Source of the DNA: Candidatus Bathyarchaeota archaeon
GTDB taxonomy: Archaea > Thermoproteota > Bathyarchaeia > Bathyarchaeales > Bathycorpusculaceae
Direction of reading: 5' to 3'
Assembly: GCA_963772455.1 (NCBI GenBank)
Contig: CAVYXJ010000007.1
Span: 128,001 to 192,000, forward strand
Length of the DNA: 64,000 bases
Positions 1-9,534 of this stretch are shown piece by piece. The translations under genes and the position numbers were made by a program. Under the pieces are notes generated by a model. It did no database searches, was not told the DNA's origin, and saw only the letters and a list, made by a program, of their open reading frames with translations. The number at the start of each line of letters is the position of its first letter. The first letter of the stretch is position 1.

Positions 1-188
1 TGAATATAAGAAAAGGCATTTTTGTGATTAGACATTTTGAGAAACATGCAAGAAGTATATTGTAAGTTATTTAGTTAAGTGTAAACATATAACTTTCTTT
101 TTTTTTATTTTTTATAACCCTAAAAAATGTCAGACTAATTCAATCCCTTTGTGAAAGTTTCATAAATAATCATTTGAAAATCACCAGA

Positions 189-725
189 TTATTTGAACAG
201 CTGCCTCCCCCATTGTTTTTGGTCATTACCTCGAGTAGTCTTGAATTGAATCTGCCTCACGCCTAATGCGAGTTCTGCGAATTCTTTTATGGTTGTGTAT
301 CGAAAATCCCATGTTGGAGTTCCATAGCGCAAACCGTTGCAAATATCGTCTCCGTAAACGTACAGACGCATTCCATGATAGTCATATGCAGCTTGGTGAG
401 GGTCGCCGTATTTAGGCTCGGATAACACTTTAAACGGCCAAATTTTGCATGCTTCAGGCTTAATGCTTTGCAAGCCACAGAAGTATGTTTTTGATTTGTT
501 GCAAAGAAAACTGCAAGAACCGTCACTCGTGCGTTTAATGTAGAGGTGATCTAAGCCTGTTACGGTAGTCTGTGAGCCAAAAGATTTGGCGATGTTTAAC
601 CATTCTTTGAAGCCTAAAACAACACTGTAGAGTTTGCAACAGTAACCGCATGCTTTGCAACGCCAATCAGCTATATTTTGCCATGGAACATATTGCATTA
701 TTGTGGTACACTCTTTGTGAACCAA
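189..725 (-). CDS. YkgJ/FliB-like cysteine-cluster (CxxCxxCC) putative Fe-S/Zn protein
   Basis: CKACGYCC, CSFL...C...KPEACKIWPF motifs; true start may be M10. Confidence 0.8.
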   Translation of the reverse strand: MVHKECTTIMQYVPWQNIADWRCKACGYCCKLYSVVLGFKEWLNIAKSFGSQTTVTGLDHLYIKRTSDGSCSFLCNKSKTYFCGLQSIKPEACKIWPFKVLSEPKYGDPHQAAYDYHGMRLYVYGDDICNGLRYGTPTWDFRYTTIKEFAELALGVRQIQFKTTRGNDQKQWGRQLFK

Positions 726-772
726 AAAAACATCAGAAGATTAAATTCTTTTCCAGCAAACAAAAGAGAAAA

Positions 773-1249
773 CTACGGTTTTTTGTAGAGGTAAATCGTA
801 TGTGAAGGATACCCTAATTGAGGGTTTTCACAGAAATTTTCAACTTTAGCCGGTCGCCAACCAATAATCTCGTAATCGTGAGAAACCACACGTGCACCCT
901 TTTTGAGGTCACGCTCTAGATTAGGTTTTATTTTTTCGTTGGCGCTTGTCGTCAAATAAAGGTAAACCACGTCGGCTGAAGTCAAGTTCACATTAAACAT
1001 GTCATCATTCATGATGGTTACCCTATCATCAAGTCCATTTTCATGAATGTTGCCCATTGCTTTCTTTGCTAAATCTTCACGCAATTCAATACCGACACCG
1101 CGTGCACCAAAAGTCTTCGCCGCCATAATAACAGTTCTGCCATCGCCAGAACCCATGTCAAAGAGGACTTCACCAGCTTTCAAGTCAGCCAATTTAAGCA
1201 TATATTCTACGACGGTTTGTGGGCTAGGAACAAAGGGCGCAATAAACAT
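773..1249 (-). CDS. Class I SAM-dependent protein-lysine methyltransferase, aKMT/FAM173/Dot1-like
   Basis: PFVPSP N-terminus, DMGSGDGR SAM motif, GARVVSHDY and HTIYLY; same size and motif order as Sulfolobus aKMT. Confidence 0.85.
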   Translation of the reverse strand: MFIAPFVPSPQTVVEYMLKLADLKAGEVLFDMGSGDGRTVIMAAKTFGARGVGIELREDLAKKAMGNIHENGLDDRVTIMNDDMFNVNLTSADVVYLYLTTSANEKIKPNLERDLKKGARVVSHDYEIIGWRPAKVENFCENPQLGYPSHTIYLYKKP

Positions 1250-1291
1250 TTTCAGTTTTTCCTTCTTTTCAAAAGAGGGGAATTCATGTTG

Positions 1292-1618
1292 TTATGCCAC
1301 ATAAGCATCTTTTTTTGGCTGAGGTCTTTTTGCTTCTCCACATTTAACGCAACTTTGAGCGCATAAGTCGAGATATTTTTCTTCATCTGCTTTACCAACA
1401 GCACTCGCAGCTTTTATGCACATTTCGCTGGGTTCTGTGCAACCTTCTTCTTTGCATAGTTTTGAGATGTATTGGCAAACGTCTTGCACGTCTTTAGGTT
1501 CTAGAACTGCCCTATTAGTGCGAACAAGCAAACAAAGTTCCCTAGCCATAACACAGGTTTTAACGTACTTAATTCGTTCCAAAACTTCGTTGCGTAGATT
1601 CTTTCGACTTATTTCCAA
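1292..1618 (-). CDS. Cys-rich helical hypothetical protein (108 aa)
   Basis: TTG start; fills the gap between co-oriented genes; 9 Cys with i/i+7 spacing. Confidence 0.7.
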   Translation of the reverse strand: MEISRKNLRNEVLERIKYVKTCVMARELCLLVRTNRAVLEPKDVQDVCQYISKLCKEEGCTEPSEMCIKAASAVGKADEEKYLDLCAQSCVKCGEAKRPQPKKDAYVA

Positions 1619-1731
1619 ACTTTTTTCCCCTGTGAGCCAGATGAACAGATAGCAAAACTAAGAAGCTTTAAGCTTAAAAGCTTGACGTATTACCAGTTAA
1701 TAGGACCACCACAAAACAAAGTGGATAGTTC

Positions 1732-4608
1732 TTATCTGAATCGTTTAGTAAGCACCTTACGTTCAGCTTCTAAGACTAATTCATAAAATTTATCCGATAG
1801 CTTGGGTTCTCTCTCCAAAACCAAAACGACATCAGCTGCTGAAACTCTTCTTGCACTCAATGCCACCGCTGCAGGCTTACCGTACTTTTCAATTAAAACG
1901 GCAGATTGTTTCGCGTGCAGTTGCATCTTCTCCTCGTTCTTAGCCAACTTTTCACCCCTTTTTTCAACAAGTCCCATAGCTTTCTCCTCATCAACTTTCA
2001 ACATTCCAATGGCAAAAGATCCACACCGCGGGCACTTAGGTTTGTCAGGGAGATCTTTAATGCGAATCATCTCCATGTAGTCCCAACAACTTGCACATAC
2101 AAAGTTGCCTGTCTCGTTCAACAGCCTTGCCTTGGCAGATTCTACTAGGACTGCGCGCATTTGCTCGGGTGGGATAAGGTCTGTCTTCATACTTACCCGT
2201 TCAATTCCAACTCTAGCTACCGGTGTCGCGTTGCCGCCTGTTTGAACTGCCTGTAGCCGAACATCACAGTTGCGAAGCCGTCCTAATACCATGACAAGCC
2301 CATCCCCGTCGATATCTTTTGAAAAAACCTCTTTGAGCCCCTCTTCGTAAATTGGGGTTCCTTCAAAACTTGTAATCAATTTTTGGATGCTTACGTTACT
2401 AAAGTCAGCCCACTTCTTTAATGCCCCAAAACGCCTAGCTACTTGAATAACTCGTCGTTTGAATAACCCTGTTTTGACTGTTGAAATTGTGAGTGTGTTT
2501 CGGATTACTTGTTCACTCATGCATTGTACCTCTTTTACGACTTCAACAAGTCTCTCTGCAGTCATTGCGCCCATTGTTTGAACGAAAATGCGGTATGGAT
2601 CATGCTGCACAACTATGCCACGGCCGAGTTTATCAGATAAAACTTGTCCTAAAAGTTGGGCCAAGGCTCGGTTAATAAGTGATCCAAAATTTGAATGGAC
2701 TATAACGAATTCGCTCCAATCCTCTACCACAATTCGTTTGGGTGTAGGCACTGGAAAGCCACTGTGCACTTGCTCCAAGGTCTCTTCTAACGCATGCTGA
2801 ATTGTTTCTTTATCCGCAGGGTAACGCTCAGAAAGTAATTTACTAATCTGTTCGCCCGAATAGCCACTTTGTGATTTCTCCTCTACAAACCCGCGGATTT
2901 CGGCCAGTTCCTGGGCAATTTCATAAGGAACAGGTATTTCTTCGCCTATCCAACTTGGTATCGAGCCTGTTGGATCGTCAACTGGGCGAACGTAAACTTT
3001 GTCTTCGGTTGTATGGATTATTTGCCATGGGCTGCCACGGATGATAAACTTTGTACCTGGCTTGCCATACTCCGCCATGAAAGCTTCATCTAACACACCG
3101 ATGGAACAATCCATTGACTCATCAATTACAAGGAACTGTTTCTCTTCTGGAATCATGGATAAATTGTCAAAATAATATTCATACAACGCCTTTGTCCGCT
3201 GTGGTCTTAAAACCACTTGGTCCTCAAACGATGCCCAAGCTAAACGGGGAAAACGATTATGCATGTACTTGAGAATTTTCTCCACGTCAGCCAATGTCAG
3301 GTTTTGATATGGTGAAGCGTTCTGTGCAAACAATAAAATTTCGTTGAAGGCTAAGCGTCGATTTTTTAGAAGCAATCCTGCGATTTGATGAGCTAAAACA
3401 TCGTAGGGTTTGTCAGGAATCTGCATTGGCTCAAGCTCTTCCGCCAAAGCACGACGGGCAATAACTAAGGCCTCCAGGGTATCATCAGAATCCATCCCAA
3501 TAATAATTCCTTCAGACAAATCACCATAAGTGTGTCCAGCTCTACCAACCCGCTGGATTAAACGCGAAACCTGCCTTGGACTCATGTACTGAATCACAAG
3601 GTCTATTGCTCCGACATCTATCCCGAGTTCAAGACTGCTAGTGGCTATTAGTCCTTTTAGAGCTCCTTTTTTAAGTCCTGTTTCTGCGGCAAGGCGCGAA
3701 GGTTTCGTTAAAGAACCATGATGAATGGAAACTGGAAAATCTGCATCCCACACTTTGAAACGTGAAGCCAAGACCTCAGAAACTGAACGTGTGTTGGTGA
3801 AAAGGAGAACAGATTTGCGTTTAGTCATGTAGTCTCGGATAATGCGTAATCTTGATGCTACCTCTGGATGGGTGTATATTTTTGAAGCGAATTGGGCATC
3901 CTCTTCGCTTGGTCTTGGATAGATAACTTGCAGCTTCACCATTTTAGCAACTGGCACTCGGATGATTTCGACAGATCGTTTATTGCCGACAAGGAATTGA
4001 GCAACTTTCTCTGGGCTACCAACTGTGGCAGATAACCCGATCATTTGGAAGTCTTTGCCGATTAAATCTCTGATGCGCTCAAGCGCTAAGGATAATTGGC
4101 TTCCACGTTTACTGTCGGCTAACTCATGAACTTCATCAATCACTATCCATCGAAGGCTCTGCAGACTCTGACGTAGCAGCCAACCTGTAAGTATGGCTTG
4201 CAAGGTTTCAGGAGTTGTTATTAGAATGTCTGGAGGACATTGGGATTGACGAGTTCTCTCTTTAGTCTCAGTGTCGCCATGCCTTACAGCCAATTTGATG
4301 TCTAGGTTGTTGCACCACCATTGCAACCTTTCAAGCAAATCTCGATTTAAAGCCCGAAGCGGCGTAATATACAAAACTTTTATGCCCGGTGTCTTGGGCA
4401 GCTGCATCAGCATACTTAAAATAGGTAAAAAAGCAGCTTCCGTTTTTCCAGTCGCTGTAGGCGAGATCAATAGAACATTTTTGCCTTCAAGTATTTTCGG
4501 GATAGTTTTTTCTTGAGGATCGGTGGGTTTAGCAAATCCTTTCTGCAAAACGAGCCTTCGAACTGGCTTAACGAGCATTTCAAAAGCGTTATCAGAAGTG
4601 GATTGCAA
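1732..4608 (-). CDS. lhr: Lhr-family SF2 DEAD/DEAH helicase
   Basis: PTATGKT, YITPLRAL, DEVH, SAT, QRVGRAGH, SWIGE motifs and C-terminal CxxC..CxxC Zn ribbon. Confidence 0.93.
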   Translation of the reverse strand: MQSTSDNAFEMLVKPVRRLVLQKGFAKPTDPQEKTIPKILEGKNVLLISPTATGKTEAAFLPILSMLMQLPKTPGIKVLYITPLRALNRDLLERLQWWCNNLDIKLAVRHGDTETKERTRQSQCPPDILITTPETLQAILTGWLLRQSLQSLRWIVIDEVHELADSKRGSQLSLALERIRDLIGKDFQMIGLSATVGSPEKVAQFLVGNKRSVEIIRVPVAKMVKLQVIYPRPSEEDAQFASKIYTHPEVASRLRIIRDYMTKRKSVLLFTNTRSVSEVLASRFKVWDADFPVSIHHGSLTKPSRLAAETGLKKGALKGLIATSSLELGIDVGAIDLVIQYMSPRQVSRLIQRVGRAGHTYGDLSEGIIIGMDSDDTLEALVIARRALAEELEPMQIPDKPYDVLAHQIAGLLLKNRRLAFNEILLFAQNASPYQNLTLADVEKILKYMHNRFPRLAWASFEDQVVLRPQRTKALYEYYFDNLSMIPEEKQFLVIDESMDCSIGVLDEAFMAEYGKPGTKFIIRGSPWQIIHTTEDKVYVRPVDDPTGSIPSWIGEEIPVPYEIAQELAEIRGFVEEKSQSGYSGEQISKLLSERYPADKETIQHALEETLEQVHSGFPVPTPKRIVVEDWSEFVIVHSNFGSLINRALAQLLGQVLSDKLGRGIVVQHDPYRIFVQTMGAMTAERLVEVVKEVQCMSEQVIRNTLTISTVKTGLFKRRVIQVARRFGALKKWADFSNVSIQKLITSFEGTPIYEEGLKEVFSKDIDGDGLVMVLGRLRNCDVRLQAVQTGGNATPVARVGIERVSMKTDLIPPEQMRAVLVESAKARLLNETGNFVCASCWDYMEMIRIKDLPDKPKCPRCGSFAIGMLKVDEEKAMGLVEKRGEKLAKNEEKMQLHAKQSAVLIEKYGKPAAVALSARRVSAADVVLVLEREPKLSDKFYELVLEAERKVLTKRFR

Positions 4609-4911
4609 AATTTAACCTCGACTTTTAAGAGTTAAACTTGGATTCAGCTATAAAAGAAGTTGGGATAAAAATCCACCATTAACACAGGGTTTTAACAATA
4701 TTTTGACTAATTTGTGATTAAATGGCATTTTTCCAATCGAAAATCTAAACATTCATCTGGTGCTTTCGACACTTCTCGTACTGTGCTTGGAAGTAATTGA
4801 CAAAAAAATGTTTAATTACAATGTTGAACGGAAAAATATCTATGGGATTGTTATGGAAAGTTTTTTATTCATTCATGTTAAAGCATGGAAACATCAAGGA
4901 GATAAAATAAA

Positions 4912-5085
4912 ATGGCTAAATGTCCAAAATGTGGTACAGAAGTAGCAAAGCCAAAGAAGTCATGGAAAATGGCCGGTCGCCCAGATAAAGCTGGAAAACG
5001 TATGCAACTAGAAATCGGACTCTACGAATGTCCAACAAAATGTGGCAACGTGTTCCGTGAAGTGCTAAGTAAACAAAAAATTTAA
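4912..5085 (+). CDS. Cren7-like small chromatin protein with Zn-ribbon cysteines (57 aa; not in ORF track)
   Basis: MAKCPKCGTEVAKPKKSWKMAGRPDKAGKRMQLEIGLYECPTKCGNVFREVLSKQKI; SD AAGGAG at 4896-4901; T-tracts downstream; P-x-K-x-W-x-x-A...IGL[YF]..P..G..FR pattern of Cren7. Confidence 0.8.
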   Translation: MAKCPKCGTEVAKPKKSWKMAGRPDKAGKRMQLEIGLYECPTKCGNVFREVLSKQKI

Positions 5086-5232
5086 CCCTGCGACTACCCA
5101 AAAAAAGCATTCGTATTTGCACTCTTTTTTCTTTTTTTTCCTCAACTTTAAACAGCGAGTTCATCTTTCGTTTAGTCAAAGAAAAGAAAAAAACGGTGAA
5201 ACAAATCAGTAAAACAGCCACTCATAGATGTC

Positions 5233-5240
5233 TTTATAAA
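5233..5240 (+). promoter_or_regulatory. Putative TATA box of tbp
   Basis: TTTATAAA about 58 nt upstream of the tbp ATG. Confidence 0.45.
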
Positions 5241-5297
5241 CGTAGCCTTTGATAAATGAACAATCAAGAAAGGCGATATTTGCACGAGGGAATTTGA

Positions 5298-5858
5298 ATG
5301 CCAAAAGTTAAAGCTACATTAAGCATTGAAAACGTGGTCGCTTCTGCAACACTTAATCAGAAAGTCGATTTGAACGCTGTCGTTAAAGGTTACCCAGGTG
5401 TAGAATATCGTCCTGAACAGTTTCCAGGATTAGTTTTTCGTTTAAAACGGCCGAAAACGGCGACTTTAATTTTCAGTTCGGGGAAAATGGTTTGTACAGG
5501 CGCTAAATCTGAGAAGGAATCCAAGAGAGCGGTTATGAAAGTAGTTAAGGAACTCAAGAAAGGCGGCATAATTATAATCAGTAAACCCGAAATGAAAATT
5601 CAAAATATAGTGGCTTCAGGTATTTTGGGAGGATTAATTGACTTAGAAAAAGCTGCCTACACTCTGGAGCACGCAATGTATGAGCCTGAACAGTTTCCAG
5701 GCTTGATCTACAGAATGGCGGAGCCGAAAGTTGTTATTCTTCTTTTTGCCAGCGGAAAACTAGTTTGCACTGGGGCAAAAAAAGAACAAGACGTTTATGA
5801 TGCAGTGGAAAAATTGCATACGCTACTTGAAGAAACCGGTTTAATCTTCTACGAATAA
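5298..5858 (+). CDS. tbp: TATA-box-binding protein
   Basis: Two repeats: IENVVAS/IQNIVAS, YxPEQFPGL, LIFSSGKMVCTGAK. Confidence 0.98.
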   Translation: MPKVKATLSIENVVASATLNQKVDLNAVVKGYPGVEYRPEQFPGLVFRLKRPKTATLIFSSGKMVCTGAKSEKESKRAVMKVVKELKKGGIIIISKPEMKIQNIVASGILGGLIDLEKAAYTLEHAMYEPEQFPGLIYRMAEPKVVILLFASGKLVCTGAKKEQDVYDAVEKLHTLLEETGLIFYE

Positions 5859-5868
5859 TTCACGGTTG

Positions 5869-6498
5869 CTACGTCTTTTTTATTTGTTTTAGAATAGTTT
5901 TTAAGCTTTCATGATCAATGGCATCCATTTCATAGAGCTTTTTTGCAATTTCGCTTATAATAAGTACCGAATGAAGTTTTACTCTGCTTTTTTCAAGAAG
6001 TTCTTTTCCGCCTTCTTCGCGGTCCATGAAAACAACCGCTTCAGAAACGACGCCTCCTTCAGCTCTTACTGCGTCAGCAGACTCTTTGAGGCTTATACCT
6101 GTTGTGATTAAATCGTCAATTAGTAAAACCTTGTCTCCTGAAGCCAAGACGCCTTCAACCCTTCGTTCTCTGCCGCTTAAGTGAATGCCTTTGCGAACGT
6201 AAATGAAAGGCTTGTTGAGGTTATAGGCGATTTGAGATGCAAAAGGAATTCCAGCTATTGGTATCGCAGCGATTCGATCGAAGTTTTTAATCCCAATTTG
6301 ACTAGTAATGTATTGGGCGTAGGATTCGCATATTTCGTGAAATGCATCTGGAAAACTGGGAATTACCCTGAGATCAATATAGTAGGGACTGGCTTTGCCA
6401 CTTGAAAGTTTAAAAACACCAAATTTTACAGCATCAACTTTAAACAGTATGTTAGCCATGCGCTCTTTCGGGGATAAGCTTGTGTTTTGATTTTTCAT
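5869..6498 (-). CDS. pyrE: Orotate phosphoribosyltransferase
   Basis: FKLSSGKASPYYIDLR; PRPP motif LLIDDLITTGIS. Confidence 0.93.
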   Translation of the reverse strand: MKNQNTSLSPKERMANILFKVDAVKFGVFKLSSGKASPYYIDLRVIPSFPDAFHEICESYAQYITSQIGIKNFDRIAAIPIAGIPFASQIAYNLNKPFIYVRKGIHLSGRERRVEGVLASGDKVLLIDDLITTGISLKESADAVRAEGGVVSEAVVFMDREEGGKELLEKSRVKLHSVLIISEIAKKLYEMDAIDHESLKTILKQIKKT

Positions 6499-6502
6499 AT
6501 CC

Positions 6503-7192
6503 TCACTTCCTCTTTGAGACCTGATAGATTTTATTTTGTTCAGGAATCAAGCTTGCAGTTCTCGGCAACTCCTTTTTTAACAGTTCCGCAAACTCTTTTT
6601 GGCTTGTAACGGTTGCTGTATGATAAGGTACTGCAACTTGAGGTTTAGTTAACCATGCAATTTCAAAACCTGTCTGCGGAGTTGAACTTGGAGCAATACC
6701 AACTGTGCAGAAAACAACGTCAAACTTTTCTTTTAGCCCAAGCTTAGCTAATTCTGGAAATGGCAAACTATCTGCAGTATGGTAAACTTTGACCTCGTCT
6801 TCACTAGTTATAATGTAGGTTACAGGAGCTTGAGCCGGATGGTTACTTTTTTCAGCTTTTACAGAGACCTCGCCTATTTTGATTTCCATACCTGGCTTAA
6901 TTTCTGTTAGTTTGTCTTTTGGAATTGCAAGTTGGAGCTTCTTGGTTGAAGCAGCGTCAGCGATTATTGTGCAGCCTGTGGCTTTTTGGATTTCAGTTAC
7001 TAAGCGCTGGTCGAGGTGGTCGTAGTGCTCGTGGGTTATCAGGATTGCATCGACGTTTTGAAGAGTTTTAGCTTTAACGTCAACGGGGTCAATGGCAAGC
7101 GTCTTAGATGGAGTTTTTAGAAGTATTCCAGCATAGTTGTTGAGCCATACAAAGAGTATGCTGTTTTTTTCTGGCGTTTTCTGAATGGACAT
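6503..7192 (-). CDS. MBL-fold metallo-hydrolase
   Basis: IDP, ITHEHYDH, YHTADS, PYH motifs. Confidence 0.88.
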   Translation of the reverse strand: MSIQKTPEKNSILFVWLNNYAGILLKTPSKTLAIDPVDVKAKTLQNVDAILITHEHYDHLDQRLVTEIQKATGCTIIADAASTKKLQLAIPKDKLTEIKPGMEIKIGEVSVKAEKSNHPAQAPVTYIITSEDEVKVYHTADSLPFPELAKLGLKEKFDVVFCTVGIAPSSTPQTGFEIAWLTKPQVAVPYHTATVTSQKEFAELLKKELPRTASLIPEQNKIYQVSKRK

Positions 7193-7356
7193 AGCCTTGA
7201 TTCCTCAAGAACTATTATGCAAGCTGCGTTTAAAAGAAGTTGTGTATCCCGACATGAGTAAGTTACAATTTCACTTTTTTCTTTTAAGAATAAAAATTGA
7301 TAAGGCTTAATAGGTTCCTGTGTCGAGTACATGTAAATTAGTTAGCGTGACTCGTC

Positions 7357-8640
7357 ATGGTTGATGTTTGGCTTCCCTATGGAAAAACCGACGTGTGTGT
7401 TCGTGTTCCAGCCCGAAACTTGCTTGGCACAATTGAGCCAAAAGAGCAGCCTGCCGCGGCAGACGCGAAGGTAGAGGTTGAGCGTGCCCTAAAAGAAGTC
7501 ACGGGTACAAAACGTTTATGCGAGATTGTTAAACCAGAAAGCAAAGTGGCAATTGTTGTGGATGTTGCTACCCGAAAAACGCCATGCGAAATCCTACTTC
7601 TACCCGTCCTTGCTGAACTCAATGGGGCAGGGGTAAAGGATGAAAACGTAACAGTTGTTTTTGGTTGCGGAACCTATGCAGCAATAAAACCAGAAGAATC
7701 AGCGAAACTTATTGGTGAAGAAGCATTAAAACGAGTGAAAACTGTCAGTCACAACTCTCGAGCGGCAGACCTTGTAAATGTGGGCACAACTAAGACACAT
7801 GGCAACAAGGTATTCGTGAACAGAGTATTTATGGAAGCTGATGTTAAGATCCTTTTGGGGGATGTTGACCTTAACTATTACGCGGGTTATGGCGGGGGAA
7901 GGAAGGGTGTTTTGCCCGGAATTTGTGGTGAAGAAACCATAAAGCAAAATCACAGCATGCTAGTAAGTGCAAATGCGAAGTCAGGAAATTTAATGGACAA
8001 TCCTGTACATGTAGATATGACTGAAGCAGCAAGACTAGCTAAAGTTGACTTTATCGTTAATGTTGTTGCAAACAGGAAAGGCGAAGTAGTAAGAGCTTTT
8101 GCAGGGGATTTGGAAGCAGCTTTTTTGGAAGCAGTGAAACTCTATGATGAAATGTACCGTGTAAATGTAGATCGACGAGCCGACATAATAGTGGTTAGTT
8201 CAGGCGGCCATCCATCCGACATTAGCCTATATGAAGCTTACAAAGGCTTAGATAATTCCTTAGATGCAGTTAAAAGAGGTGGGGTAATAATTTTTGTTGC
8301 AGAATGTCCTGAAGGACACGGTAACCAAGTTTTTTACGAGTGGATGAGTCGATTAGCAGACATCAAGAACGTGGAACGTGAAATAAAACGCAACTTTGTT
8401 TTAGGCGGATACAAAACATTTTACCTGTTAAAGGCGTTGCAGAATCACCAGATAATTTTGGTGTCTTCCCTTCCGGATTATTATGCTACAAGCATCTTTA
8501 AACTTAAAACTGCCCGAGCAGTAAATGATGCTTTAGCAGAGGCACTTAAAATTGCTGGTTCAGCCTCCAGAGTTTGGGCGATACCATATGGCAGCTATAC
8601 GTTGCCAGAGTTCAAGACGCCTGAGGAAACAAAAACCTAA
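7357..8640 (+). CDS. LarA (nickel-pincer lactate racemase) superfamily protein with altered catalytic residues
   Basis: LPYG N-terminus, DxxTR, AGYGGGRK, NH, NPVH, GGHPSD, AECPEGHG motifs. Confidence 0.88.
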   Translation: MVDVWLPYGKTDVCVRVPARNLLGTIEPKEQPAAADAKVEVERALKEVTGTKRLCEIVKPESKVAIVVDVATRKTPCEILLLPVLAELNGAGVKDENVTVVFGCGTYAAIKPEESAKLIGEEALKRVKTVSHNSRAADLVNVGTTKTHGNKVFVNRVFMEADVKILLGDVDLNYYAGYGGGRKGVLPGICGEETIKQNHSMLVSANAKSGNLMDNPVHVDMTEAARLAKVDFIVNVVANRKGEVVRAFAGDLEAAFLEAVKLYDEMYRVNVDRRADIIVVSSGGHPSDISLYEAYKGLDNSLDAVKRGGVIIFVAECPEGHGNQVFYEWMSRLADIKNVEREIKRNFVLGGYKTFYLLKALQNHQIILVSSLPDYYATSIFKLKTARAVNDALAEALKIAGSASRVWAIPYGSYTLPEFKTPEETKT

Positions 8641-8735
8641 ATTCAGATCTAACCATTCCAATTGAAAAGAGAGCGCTTAACCCTTAAAGCGTAACCTTTA
8701 AGTTTCAACGTTGAAATTTGGATTAAGGCGAAACA

Positions 8736-9212
8736 ATGCAACAAACCTTCACGCTGCGAAAATTCGTTCCAGACGACCTGCAGAGCGTAATGCAAATCAA
8801 TCGCGTCTGCCTCCCAGAAAACTACACCGACTTCTTCTTTGTAGATTTGCACCAGCGGTTCCCAGAAACCTTCATTGTAGCTGAAGAAAATGGAAAAGTT
8901 TCAGGATACATAATGTGCCGCATTGAAGTTGGATTGTCAAATTATGGTTTTGGAGGCTTAATACGTAAAGGTCATGTGGTTTCAATCGCCGTGATGCCCC
9001 TAAGCAGACGCAAGGGCATGGCTTCTTCACTAATCAAGAAAGCGTTAGAAGGCATGGAATACTACAAAGCTAAACAATGCTTCTTAGAAGTTCGCGTAAC
9101 AAACGAATCAGGAATAACACTCTACAAAAAACTTGGTTTTGAAGTCACAAGAACAATCAACGGCTACTATTCTGATGGCGAAGACGCATACGTAATGACG
9201 AAGAAACTTTAA
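8736..9212 (+). CDS. Ard1/RimI-type N-alpha-acetyltransferase (GNAT)
   Basis: LPENY, GYIMCRIE, GHVVSIAV..RRKGMA, LEVRVTN, YYSDGEDAY. Confidence 0.93.
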   Translation: MQQTFTLRKFVPDDLQSVMQINRVCLPENYTDFFFVDLHQRFPETFIVAEENGKVSGYIMCRIEVGLSNYGFGGLIRKGHVVSIAVMPLSRRKGMASSLIKKALEGMEYYKAKQCFLEVRVTNESGITLYKKLGFEVTRTINGYYSDGEDAYVMTKKL

Positions 9213-9252
9213 ATCATTTTTCCATTTTGAATAATTCTTTATCTGAAATAAT

Positions 9253-9357
9253 TAGAATTAGTAGTTAAGCAGATCTAGAACATGCCAACATAAGGTAAGG
9301 AGAGAAAAATGCAAAAACCTTGTCTTTGTTGGCAACAAGACCTGCTTAACTATTCTA
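9253..9357. repeat. Long imperfect inverted repeat (~105 nt hairpin) between convergent genes
   Basis: Nested pairings TAGTTAAGCAG/CTGCTTAACTA, TGCCAACA/TGTTGGCA, AAGGTAAGG/CCTTGTCTT. Confidence 0.75.
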
Positions 9358-9534
9358 GGCGGTCTTCTCGCACCTGTCAAATATTAAAGTTTACTTAGGA
9401 TATAAAATAATGTGGTTACAAACCAGAACCAACAAATTCAATTTTAAAAACATTTTTCTTATTACTTATCGAAAAAAAGCAAATAAAAACAATTAATAAA
9501 AAATACTTTTTCTTAAAAAATGAAAAAGTTGAGT

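Noticed and set aside
4760-5221. ORFs 4760-4945 (+) and 4916-5221 (-)
   Set aside because: Shadows of the real Cren7-like gene at 4912-5085, which has an SD and a recognisable motif
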